Assembly: GCA_046598045.1 (NCBI GenBank)
Contig: JBKJJJ010000011.1
Span: forward strand, 1-18,500
DNA length: 18,500 nt
From: Candidatus Eiseniibacteriota bacterium
GTDB taxonomy: Bacteria; Eisenbacteria; RBG-16-71-46; DASYSL01
Reading direction: 5' to 3'
Of the stretch, positions 8,743-15,759 are shown in pieces (the first letter of the stretch is position 1; every line of letters begins with the position of its first letter). The notes under the pieces were generated by a model. That model saw nothing but the letters and a program-made list of their open reading frames with translations. It was not told the DNA's origin and did no database searches. The translations under genes and the position numbers were made by a program.

Positions 8743-9251
8743 GACTCTCCCCCATTTGCTTGAAACATCAGGGATCCGGGGACCTCGCTTGTCGTCCCGG
8801 AGTATTGGGTGCGAACGGCGTCAGGTCCGATCCCAAACTCAGTGATGGTGCCCGCGGAAAACTGGAACGTCGACGCGTCGTGAATCTCGAGCCGGGCATC
8901 GTCCACGAAGCTCGGCACATCGAGGTCCTTCACCCGCGGGTAGGAGGCATCGTCCACCAGCTCGCTAAAGGCCACGAACCGAACCTTGAGGCCAACGTCA
9001 AATGCCGCGGCCAATTCCTTTAGCGTTGAAAGAGTGAATGCCTCGTAGCCGAAGCTCTCGAACCGACTGATGACCGTCTGCGTCTTGCCGGCTCGCCGTC
9101 CAAGCTCACCCTGGCTCCACCCGCGCTGGTCCCGCAGTTCGTGGATTTGCGCCGGAAGCCCGATTCGGATCAACGAAGCGACGAACGCCTCACGTGCGCG
9201 CTTGGACGCGAGGCTGGAGATGATCTGCTCCCGTCTAGTAGTGGTGTTCAC
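8724..9251 (-). CDS. XRE-family HTH protein (HigA-like antitoxin) with a C-terminal extension of about 60-70 aa
   Basis: QIHELRDQRGWSQGELGRRAGKTQTVISRFE...TLSTLKELAAAFDVGLKVRF is a Cro/C1 HTH. GTG start with AGGAGG SD; overlaps the toxin gene by 17 nt. Confidence 0.88.
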   Translation of the reverse strand: MNTTTRREQIISSLASKRAREAFVASLIRIGLPAQIHELRDQRGWSQGELGRRAGKTQTVISRFESFGYEAFTLSTLKELAAAFDVGLKVRFVAFSELVDDASYPRVKDLDVPSFVDDARLEIHDASTFQFSAGTITEFGIGPDAVRTQYSGTTSEVPGSLMFQANGGESWPSEA

Positions 9252-9615
9252 AGGTCCTCCTCTCCGGGTCGGCCAAAACCATACGCATTCGACGCTTTGC
9301 CTGGTCGAGCGCCTTGGGTGGATCCCACTTCGAATCGCGCTCGGTCGCGCCGATCAGAATCGTGACGCAGCGCGGCCTCGGTCCCTCGAAACACACCGGT
9401 CGATAAGCAACGCCCCCGGTTGTCACTCGGACTTCGATCAGCCCGCCTCCAAGACGCTTGAAATGGCCGGGTGCTGGTCGTTCGATCTGCTCGAGAAACC
9501 GGATCGTTGCCTGAACGTCCATGCGATGGCGCACCGGCAGGCGCAGCAGCCAGGCATGGACGTCGTTCCTTCCGCTGGGGGTCACGTAGTCGAGGAATGC
9601 CCGAAATTGCGCCAT
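9235..9615 (-). CDS. RelE/ParE-superfamily toxin (HigB/Gp49-like), 126 aa
   Basis: 3' end of the 523-aa track ORF: YVTPSGRNDVHAWL...FKRLGGGLIEVRV...YRPVCF...ILIGATER...ALDQAKRR. Toxin-before-HTH order as in higBA. Start set at ATG 9615 because ATG 9621 lies inside the predicted -10. Confidence 0.8.
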   Translation of the reverse strand: MAQFRAFLDYVTPSGRNDVHAWLLRLPVRHRMDVQATIRFLEQIERPAPGHFKRLGGGLIEVRVTTGGVAYRPVCFEGPRPRCVTILIGATERDSKWDPPKALDQAKRRMRMVLADPERRTCEHHY

Positions 9616-9619
9616 GGCC

Positions 9620-9648
9620 ATCCTATCGCAAAATAGTGATAACCGCAA
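9620..9648 (-). promoter_or_regulatory. Sigma70-type promoter with embedded palindromic operator for the toxin-antitoxin islet
   Basis: TTGCGG (9648-9643), 17-nt spacer, TAGGAT (9625-9620). The imperfect inverted repeat TATCAC-N6-GCGATA (9641-9624) fills the spacer. Confidence 0.72.
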
Positions 9649-9782
9649 GACTGATTGCAGCCACGCCATAGCCGCCGGGTTCGGAGGACAGGTCCGCTTA
9701 GGCCACCAACTGCGGGAGCATAGAGGGGAGTGGGGACAGGGGCGTTGCGGAGCAGGAACCATGGCTGCCGTCCGGCGTGGCC

Positions 9783-10610
9783 CTACGTCCTGCGCGGATC
9801 CAGCAAATCCCTCAGCGCATCGCCCACGAGGTTGAACCCGAGCACCGAGAGGAACACGGCGACGCCCGGCGCGGTCAGGACCCAGGGCGCGATCAGCACC
9901 AGTTCGCGCCCCTGCGACAGCATCGAGCCCCACTCGGGCGTGGGCGGCTGGGCGCCGAGCCCGAGGAACGACAGCCCGGCGGCCTCGAGCACGGCGGTCG
10001 CGAGCCCGAGGCTCGCGGTCACGATGATCGGCCCGCCCACATTCGGCAGGATCGCCCGCGTGAGGATGCGCCCGTCCCCCGCCCCGAGCGCGCGCGCGGC
10101 CTGCACGTACTCGAGCCCGCGCACCGACAGCACGGAACCGCGGACGATGCGCGCGTACTGCGGCACCGCCATCACGCCGACCGCGATCATCGCGTTGGTC
10201 AGCGACGGCCCGAGGATCGCGACCACGACGATCGCCAGCAGGATCGACGGGAACGCGAGCATGAGGTCCATCAGGCGCATGCCCAGGAGGTCGAACCAGC
10301 CGCCGTAGTAGCCCGCGAGCAGGCCGATCGTGCCGCCGATCACGAGCGCGATCGCGACCGCGACCAGCCCGAGCCGAAGCGACACGCGCGATCCCCAGAT
10401 CACGCGCGAGAGCACGTCCCTGCCGAAGTCGTCGGTGCCGAACACGTGCGCGGACGAGGGCGGCTGGAGCCGGACCGCGAGGTCCTGCGCGAGGGGATCG
10501 TGCGGGCTGAGCACGGGCGCGAGCAGCGCGACGCCCAGGAACGCGAGCACGAGCAGGGACCCGATGACCGCGCCCTTGTGGCGCAGGAACTGCCGGGCGG
10601 CCTTGTTCAT
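9783..10610 (-). CDS. dppC: Dipeptide/oligopeptide ABC transporter permease (DppC/OppC-like)
   Basis: MNKAARQFLRHKGA..., HVFGTDDFGRDVLSRVIWGSRVSL, EAA loop EYVQAARALGA, LSFLGLGAQPPTPEWG and FNLVGDALRDLLDPR. The start overlaps the dppB stop (ATGA); the upstream part of the 551-aa track ORF is an alternative frame. Confidence 0.93.
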   Translation of the reverse strand: MNKAARQFLRHKGAVIGSLLVLAFLGVALLAPVLSPHDPLAQDLAVRLQPPSSAHVFGTDDFGRDVLSRVIWGSRVSLRLGLVAVAIALVIGGTIGLLAGYYGGWFDLLGMRLMDLMLAFPSILLAIVVVAILGPSLTNAMIAVGVMAVPQYARIVRGSVLSVRGLEYVQAARALGAGDGRILTRAILPNVGGPIIVTASLGLATAVLEAAGLSFLGLGAQPPTPEWGSMLSQGRELVLIAPWVLTAPGVAVFLSVLGFNLVGDALRDLLDPRRT

Positions 10611-11620
10611 TCCTCGGCCCCCAGGCGCACGCGCGGGTCGGCCACGGCATAGAGCAGGTCGACCAGCAGGTTGACGAGCACGAACACGGTCGCGAGCAGC
10701 AGCACGCCGCCCTGCACCGCGCGGAAGTCGCGCGCCGACACCGCGAGCACGAGCCAGCGCCCGACGCCCGGCCACGCGAAGATGGTCTCGGTGATGATCG
10801 CGCCACCGAGCAGGTAGCCGAACTGGAGGCCGATCACCGTGATCGTGGGGATGAGCGCGTTCTTCAAGACGTGCACGCCGAGCACGCGCGCCTCGGACAG
10901 GCCCTTCGCCCACGCGGTGCGCACGTAGTCCTGGGTCAGCACGTCGAGCACGGCGGCGCGCGTCATGCGCGCGATCACCGCGAGCGGGATCGTGCCGAGC
11001 ACGAACGCGGGCAGCACGAGATGCTTGATCGTGTCGAGGAACGCGGCCGGCTTGCCGGCAAGCAGCGTGTCGATCAGGAGGAAGCCGGTGTGCCTCTGGA
11101 TCGCGAAGTCGGGATCGAGCCGCCCCGCGAGCGGCAGCCACCCGAGCTTGACCGAGAACAGGAGGATCATCAGCAGCCCGAGCCAGAAGATCGGCATCGA
11201 GACGCCGGCGAGCGAGCCCGCCATCACGAACACGTCGAAGAACGAGCGCCGCCAGCGCGCCGCGAGGATGCCCGCGAGCACGCCGAAGAACGAGGCGAAC
11301 AGGATCGCGGCGAGCGCGAGCTCGAACGTGGCCGGGAAGCGGTCGGTCATCTCGACCAGGATCTTCTCGCGCGTCTTGAGCGAGCGGCCGAGGTCGCCGG
11401 TGGCGAGGCCTTCGAGGAAACGGCCGTACTGCACCCACAGCGGCTTGTCGAGCCCGAGCTCGCTGCGCAGCGCGGCGACCGCCTCGGGCGTCGCGCGCTC
11501 GCCGAGCATCACCGTCGCCGGATCGCCCGGCACGAGGTGGATGAGCGAAAACGTGAGGATGCTCATGCCCAGGAGCGTGGGCACGAGCAACGCGAGGCGG
11601 CGCAGGATGTAGGGCAGCAC
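10607..11620 (-). CDS. dppB: Dipeptide/oligopeptide ABC transporter permease (DppB/OppB-like)
   Basis: YILRRL, PGDPA, LGLDKPLWVQY, GDLGRS, FPATFEL, DYVRTAWAKGL and DLLYAVADPRVR motifs. Confidence 0.95.
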   Translation of the reverse strand: MLPYILRRLALLVPTLLGMSILTFSLIHLVPGDPATVMLGERATPEAVAALRSELGLDKPLWVQYGRFLEGLATGDLGRSLKTREKILVEMTDRFPATFELALAAILFASFFGVLAGILAARWRRSFFDVFVMAGSLAGVSMPIFWLGLLMILLFSVKLGWLPLAGRLDPDFAIQRHTGFLLIDTLLAGKPAAFLDTIKHLVLPAFVLGTIPLAVIARMTRAAVLDVLTQDYVRTAWAKGLSEARVLGVHVLKNALIPTITVIGLQFGYLLGGAIITETIFAWPGVGRWLVLAVSARDFRAVQGGVLLLATVFVLVNLLVDLLYAVADPRVRLGAEE

Positions 11621-11639
11621 GGCGGGCGTCGCCCGGGCG

Positions 11640-13325
11640 TCAGGCCCCGGGCACGATCCAGGTCTTGCGGAAGCGCACCTTGCCGGTCGGGTTGAGCAGG
11701 TACCCGTGCACCTTCCGGTCGAACGCCGCGAGCTGCGTCATGTGCGCGAGCGGCACCCACGGCGCGTCCTCGTGCACGACCACCTGCGCCTGCTCGTAGA
11801 GCAGGCTGCGCTTCGCGATGTCGGTCTCCTCCTGCGCGCTGACCAGGATGGCGTGCAGCGCGTCGCTGCGGTAGAACGCGACGTTCTGGGCCGGGATCCG
11901 GGCCGACTCCTTGTCGAGCAGCACGTAAAGGAAGTTGTCCGGGTCGCCGTTATCGCCGGTCCAACCCAGGAGGCACATCTGGTGCTGGCCGTGCTGCGTG
12001 GCATCGAGGTACGTGCCCCACTCGAGCGTCTTGATCGACGCGTCGATGCCGACCGCCTTGAGGTCCGACTGGATCGCCTCGGCGATCTTGAGCGGATCGG
12101 GCATGTAGGGGCGCGGGCCGGACATCGCCCAGAGCTCGGTCTTGAAGCCGTTCGGGAAGCCCGCCTGTGCGAGCAACTGCTTCGCCTTCGCCGGGTCGTA
12201 GGCGTAGGGCTGGATCGTCCTGTTGTACCCCCACAGCGTGGGCGGCATCGGGTTGACGGCGGGCGTGCCGAAGCCGCCGTACAGCCCCTTTACGATCGCG
12301 TCGCGATTGATCGCGAAGTTGACCGCGAGGCGCACGTCCTTGTTGTCGTACGGCAGCTTGTCCATGTTCATCGCGAGGTAGCCGACGTTCATGCCGGGCT
12401 GCGTGAGCAGGTTGTACTTGCCGGCGTCCACGACGCGCCGCGCAAGGTCAGTATTGAGGCCGTCGAGCCCCTGCACCGAGCCCTCCTCGAGCGCGAGGTA
12501 GCGCACCGTGTTCTCGGGGATCGAACGGAACACGACCCGGTCGAGGTGCGTCTTCTCGCCCCAGTAGTCGGGGTTTCGCTCGAGCGTGATGTGGTCGTCC
12601 TTCACCCACTCGACGAAGCGGAACGGGCCCGTGCCGGTCGGGTGCTTGAAGAAGTCCTCGCCGTACTTCTGCGCGGCGGTCGGGCTCACGATCGAGGCGA
12701 AACCCATCGCCAGGTTCGCGAGGAACGGCGCGTTGCGGCGCTTGAGCGTGAACACGACGGTCGAGTCGTCGGCGGCCTTGAGGTCGGCCACGATGTCGTC
12801 CATCGACATCGACTGCCAGTATGTGAATGGCCCGCCGATCGAGTGGAACGGGTGGGCCGGCTTGCGATTGCGCTGGCGATCGAGCGAGAACACGACCGCA
12901 TCGGCGTTGAGCGGCGTGCCGTCGTGGAACTTGACGCCCGACCTCAGGTGGAACGTGTAGGTCTTGCCGTCGGGCGAGATGTCCCAGCGCGCCGCGAGCT
13001 CGGCCACGATGTCGGTCGTGGTGTCGGCAAACGACACCAGGTTCTCGTACAGGTTGTCGAGCACCTTGAACGATTCGCCGTCGGTCTCGTGGCCGGGGTC
13101 GAGGCGCACGGAATCGTGGCCGCGCGCATAGACCAGCGTGCCGCCGTCGACCGGCACGCCATCGCCGGCGCTGGTCGCGGACTTGCCCGCGTCCTTCGAG
13201 GCGCAACCGGCGAGGCCGAGCAGTGCGGGCAAAGCGAGCAGCGCGAGCAAAGCGGGCAAAGCGAGCAGCGGCTGTGCGGCGCGCGTCCGGGTGCGGCGCA
13301 GCGGGGACGACTCGAGTCCTTGCAT
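11640..13325 (-). CDS. dppA: Peptide ABC transporter substrate-binding lipoprotein (family 5, DppA-like)
   Basis: ATG 13325 with AAAGGA SD. Signal peptide ends in lipobox LAGC. ISPDGKTYTFHLRSGVKFHDG, GTGPF, RPYMP and GWTGDNGDPDNF are DppA-type motifs. Confidence 0.93.
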   Translation of the reverse strand: MQGLESSPLRRTRTRAAQPLLALPALLALLALPALLGLAGCASKDAGKSATSAGDGVPVDGGTLVYARGHDSVRLDPGHETDGESFKVLDNLYENLVSFADTTTDIVAELAARWDISPDGKTYTFHLRSGVKFHDGTPLNADAVVFSLDRQRNRKPAHPFHSIGGPFTYWQSMSMDDIVADLKAADDSTVVFTLKRRNAPFLANLAMGFASIVSPTAAQKYGEDFFKHPTGTGPFRFVEWVKDDHITLERNPDYWGEKTHLDRVVFRSIPENTVRYLALEEGSVQGLDGLNTDLARRVVDAGKYNLLTQPGMNVGYLAMNMDKLPYDNKDVRLAVNFAINRDAIVKGLYGGFGTPAVNPMPPTLWGYNRTIQPYAYDPAKAKQLLAQAGFPNGFKTELWAMSGPRPYMPDPLKIAEAIQSDLKAVGIDASIKTLEWGTYLDATQHGQHQMCLLGWTGDNGDPDNFLYVLLDKESARIPAQNVAFYRSDALHAILVSAQEETDIAKRSLLYEQAQVVVHEDAPWVPLAHMTQLAAFDRKVHGYLLNPTGKVRFRKTWIVPGA

Positions 13326-13346
13326 GGCGTGTCCTTTCGCGTCGCT

Positions 13347-13388
13347 GAAAACGAGTGCGGCGCGCAGGACTCGGCCCGCGCGCCGCAC
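13347..13388 (-). terminator. Probable intrinsic terminator or stabilising hairpin after rnc
   Basis: GTGCGGCGCGCGGG-CCGAGT-CCTGCGCGCCGCAC: a 14-bp stem with one G-U pair, followed by TCGTTTTC, 10 nt after the rnc stop. Confidence 0.7.
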
Positions 13389-13398
13389 AGACTCACAT

Positions 13399-15759
13399 TC
13401 AGTCGTGTTCCTTCGGATCCTCGTCCCAGGAGCTCGGCGTCTCGCTCGCGAACTGCGAGGCCGGTGCTTCGGCCGCGCGGTAACGCGTTGCATCGACGCC
13501 CGGCAGCGGGCCCTTCACCTCGCGCACCTGCGCATCGACGCGCGGAATCTCGCGCCGCGGCGTGGACCGCACCGGCTCCGGCTCGTTGGCGCGCGGCGCC
13601 GACGCCGGCGCCTCGCTCACCGTCGGCTGGCGGCTCGCATCGGCCGCCGGCTGGACGAACGTCGCCTTGCGCGACGCCTTGACCGCAGGCTGCCTGCCAT
13701 AGCGCATCGGGGCCGCCGGACGATCGGGCGTGCCGGCCGCGGGAGCGCTCGGTTCGGACGTCTCCCACGTCAGCCCGGTCGACAGGTCGAGCTTGGTCTG
13801 CGGCGCCGGCGCAGCCTGGGGAGCCGGACGCTCCTCACGCGGCGGACGCTCCCCGCGCGGCGGACGCTCCGCGCGCGGCGGACGATCCTCACGCGCCGGA
13901 CGATCCTCACGCGCCGGACGATCCTCACGCGCGGGCCTTTCGACCCGCAGCTCGGTCGGAGTCGGCTCGTACGAGGCCGTCTGGTAGGACGGCGTCTCGG
14001 GGGCACTCCTCTCCGGGCTCTCGTCACCCGCGAAGGCCGGGGTGGCCGGGACCGGCGTCTCCGGAACTTCCCGGCGCGGTCCCCGCTCGCGGCGTTCGAA
14101 TCCGCGGGGTCGCTCGGGTCGCTCGGGGCGGTCTGTCCTCTCGGGGCGGTCCGTACGTTCCGTACGCTCCGTACGCTCCCCGCGCTCAGGACGATCCAGC
14201 CGCTCGGCCCGTTCGGGACGATCGGCGCGTTCCCCACGCTCCGGACGGTCGGTACGATCCGTACGTTCTGTACGTTCTGTACGTTCCGTACGCATCGGCC
14301 GCTCGATCCTCTCCGGCATCTCCTCGGACTCGGGCGAAATCATCGGTTCGATCGCCTCGATGCGCTCACCGCGCTCCGGACGCTCTCGCCTCCCGATCCG
14401 CTCGCCGCGTTCCGGGCGATCGGCGCGAATCGGACGCTCGCCGCGTTCCGGGCGATCGCCACGCTCCGGACGCTCGCCGCGTTCCGCACGCGGGCCCCGC
14501 TCCGACCGCTCGCCGCGTTCCGCACGCTCACCGCGTTCCGGCCGCTCGCCGCGTTCCGCACGCTCGCCACGCTCCGCACGCTCACCGCGTTCCGCACGCG
14601 GAGCGCGCTCCGGGCGATCGGCGCGAATCGGCGTCGAAATGGTATCCGCGTCCTCGTCGGAGCCCGCGGCCTTGCTCTTTTCGCCCGACTGGGCGGCGAC
14701 CCGATCGAGCGCGTCGCGCGCGGCAGCCTGCTCCGCCTCCTTCTTGTTCTTGCCCTTGCCCGCGCCCAGCGGCTTCCCGCCGACGCGCACTTCGACCGTG
14801 AACAGCTTGGAGTGATCGGGGCCGTGCTCGTGGCGGATCGAGTACATCGGGTGCGTGTGGAACGCGCTCTGGACGTACTCCTGGAGCAGGCTCTTGTAGT
14901 TGGTGTGGCGCTTGTCCGACGTGATGCCCTTGGCCTCGTTCAGCAGCCAGGTCTCCACGAACTTGCGCGCGGCTTCGATCCCCTGGTCGAGGTAGATCGC
15001 GCCCAGCACGGACTCGAACGCGTCGGCGAGGATCGAGAGGCGCTGGCGCCCGCCCGAATCCACTTCGGAGTTCGACATCAGGACGAAGCGCCCCAGGCCC
15101 ATCGCCAGCGCCCGGCGCGAGAGGATCGCCTTGGACACGAGCAACGACTTGGTCTTGGTGAGCTGGCCCTCGTGCTCGCCAGGGAACGCCTTATAGAGGT
15201 GCTCCGAGGTGATGACGCCGAGCACGGAATCGCCGAGGAACTCGAGACGCTCGTTCGACTCGCGTGGCGCACCGCGATGCACGTGCAGATACGAGCGGTG
15301 CGTGAGCGCCAGACGCAGCAGCTTCGGGTCGTTGAACTGGATTCCGAGGTGCTTGCCGAACGCCTCACACGCCTTCTGCTCGTCGGCGGTCAGCCCCGGA
15401 ACGGCGGGACGAGCGGGGCCGGCGAACAGGCCCTTGAGCCATGCCCAGAAACCTCCGCCCGATTTGCGGGGAGGAAGCGGCGGACGGCTGGAGCCGCCAC
15501 CGGAGGAATGGGTGGACCGACGGCTCGGCCCACGGTCACGGTCCCGGTCACGACGGGTGGTGCGGTCGCCCCTCTCGGGTCGACCTTCGCGCTCGGGACG
15601 ATCCGAGCCGGAGCGGCGGCGACGCCGCTTTACCCGGTCCCGGTCGGAATCGCTCGAAACGCCAGAGTCCCGTTGTGTCCGCCGAACCCCATTGAGTTCG
15701 ACAACGCCCCCGTCACGTGGACGGTTCGGGCTTGGTTCGGTACGCAGTCTAGGTCGCAT
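13399..15759 (-). CDS. rnc: Ribonuclease III with an Arg/Asp-rich N-terminal extension, an amphipathic helix and an approximately 430-aa low-complexity C-terminal tail (start uncertain)
   Basis: ALTHRSY, signature NERLEFLGDSVL, ADAFESVLGAIYLD and dsRBD NYKSLLQEYVQ...GKNKKEAEQAAA. The acpP-fabF-rnc order is familiar. The frame stays open to 13399. Confidence 0.92.
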   Translation of the reverse strand: MRPRLRTEPSPNRPRDGGVVELNGVRRTQRDSGVSSDSDRDRVKRRRRRSGSDRPEREGRPERGDRTTRRDRDRDRGPSRRSTHSSGGGSSRPPLPPRKSGGGFWAWLKGLFAGPARPAVPGLTADEQKACEAFGKHLGIQFNDPKLLRLALTHRSYLHVHRGAPRESNERLEFLGDSVLGVITSEHLYKAFPGEHEGQLTKTKSLLVSKAILSRRALAMGLGRFVLMSNSEVDSGGRQRLSILADAFESVLGAIYLDQGIEAARKFVETWLLNEAKGITSDKRHTNYKSLLQEYVQSAFHTHPMYSIRHEHGPDHSKLFTVEVRVGGKPLGAGKGKNKKEAEQAAARDALDRVAAQSGEKSKAAGSDEDADTISTPIRADRPERAPRAERGERAERGERAERGERPERGERAERGERSERGPRAERGERPERGDRPERGERPIRADRPERGERIGRRERPERGERIEAIEPMISPESEEMPERIERPMRTERTERTERTDRTDRPERGERADRPERAERLDRPERGERTERTERTDRPERTDRPERPERPRGFERRERGPRREVPETPVPATPAFAGDESPERSAPETPSYQTASYEPTPTELRVERPAREDRPAREDRPAREDRPPRAERPPRGERPPREERPAPQAAPAPQTKLDLSTGLTWETSEPSAPAAGTPDRPAAPMRYGRQPAVKASRKATFVQPAADASRQPTVSEAPASAPRANEPEPVRSTPRREIPRVDAQVREVKGPLPGVDATRYRAAEAPASQFASETPSSWDEDPKEHD
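13879..13932. repeat. 18-bp tandem repeat (3 exact copies, with degenerate copies towards about 13825) encoding AREDRP
   Basis: CGGACGATCCTCACGCGC occurs three times on the + strand. Confidence 0.9.
14105..14630. repeat. Degenerate 9-bp-period coding repeats encoding (E/D)R(G/A/P/T) tripeptides
   Basis: Runs such as cgctcgccg/cgttccgca and cgttctgta/cgttccgta translate to ERGERAERGERPER and ERTERTDRTDRPER. Two blocks are separated by an acidic spacer (IEPMISPESEEMP). Confidence 0.9.

Noticed and set aside
9670..9710. tRNA-like fragments (GGGTTCG on +, GGTGGCCTAAGCGG on -) as a possible integration site
   Set aside because: They lie on opposite strands, no cloverleaf can be built, and there is no matching att repeat at the other end of the islet.
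8400..9780. Islet as an IS element or prophage
   Set aside because: No transposase or integrase, and no terminal inverted repeats or target-site duplication that I could find.
9616..10806. Apparent 523-aa protein with the toxin at its C-terminus
   Set aside because: The upstream part is an alternative frame over dppB/dppC and the intergenic region. A promoter directly before ATG 9615 explains the toxin on its own.
13825..14630. Repeat region as a possible CRISPR array or non-coding repeat
   Set aside because: Periods of 9 and 18 bp, no unique spacers, third-position variation consistent with coding, and no cas genes.
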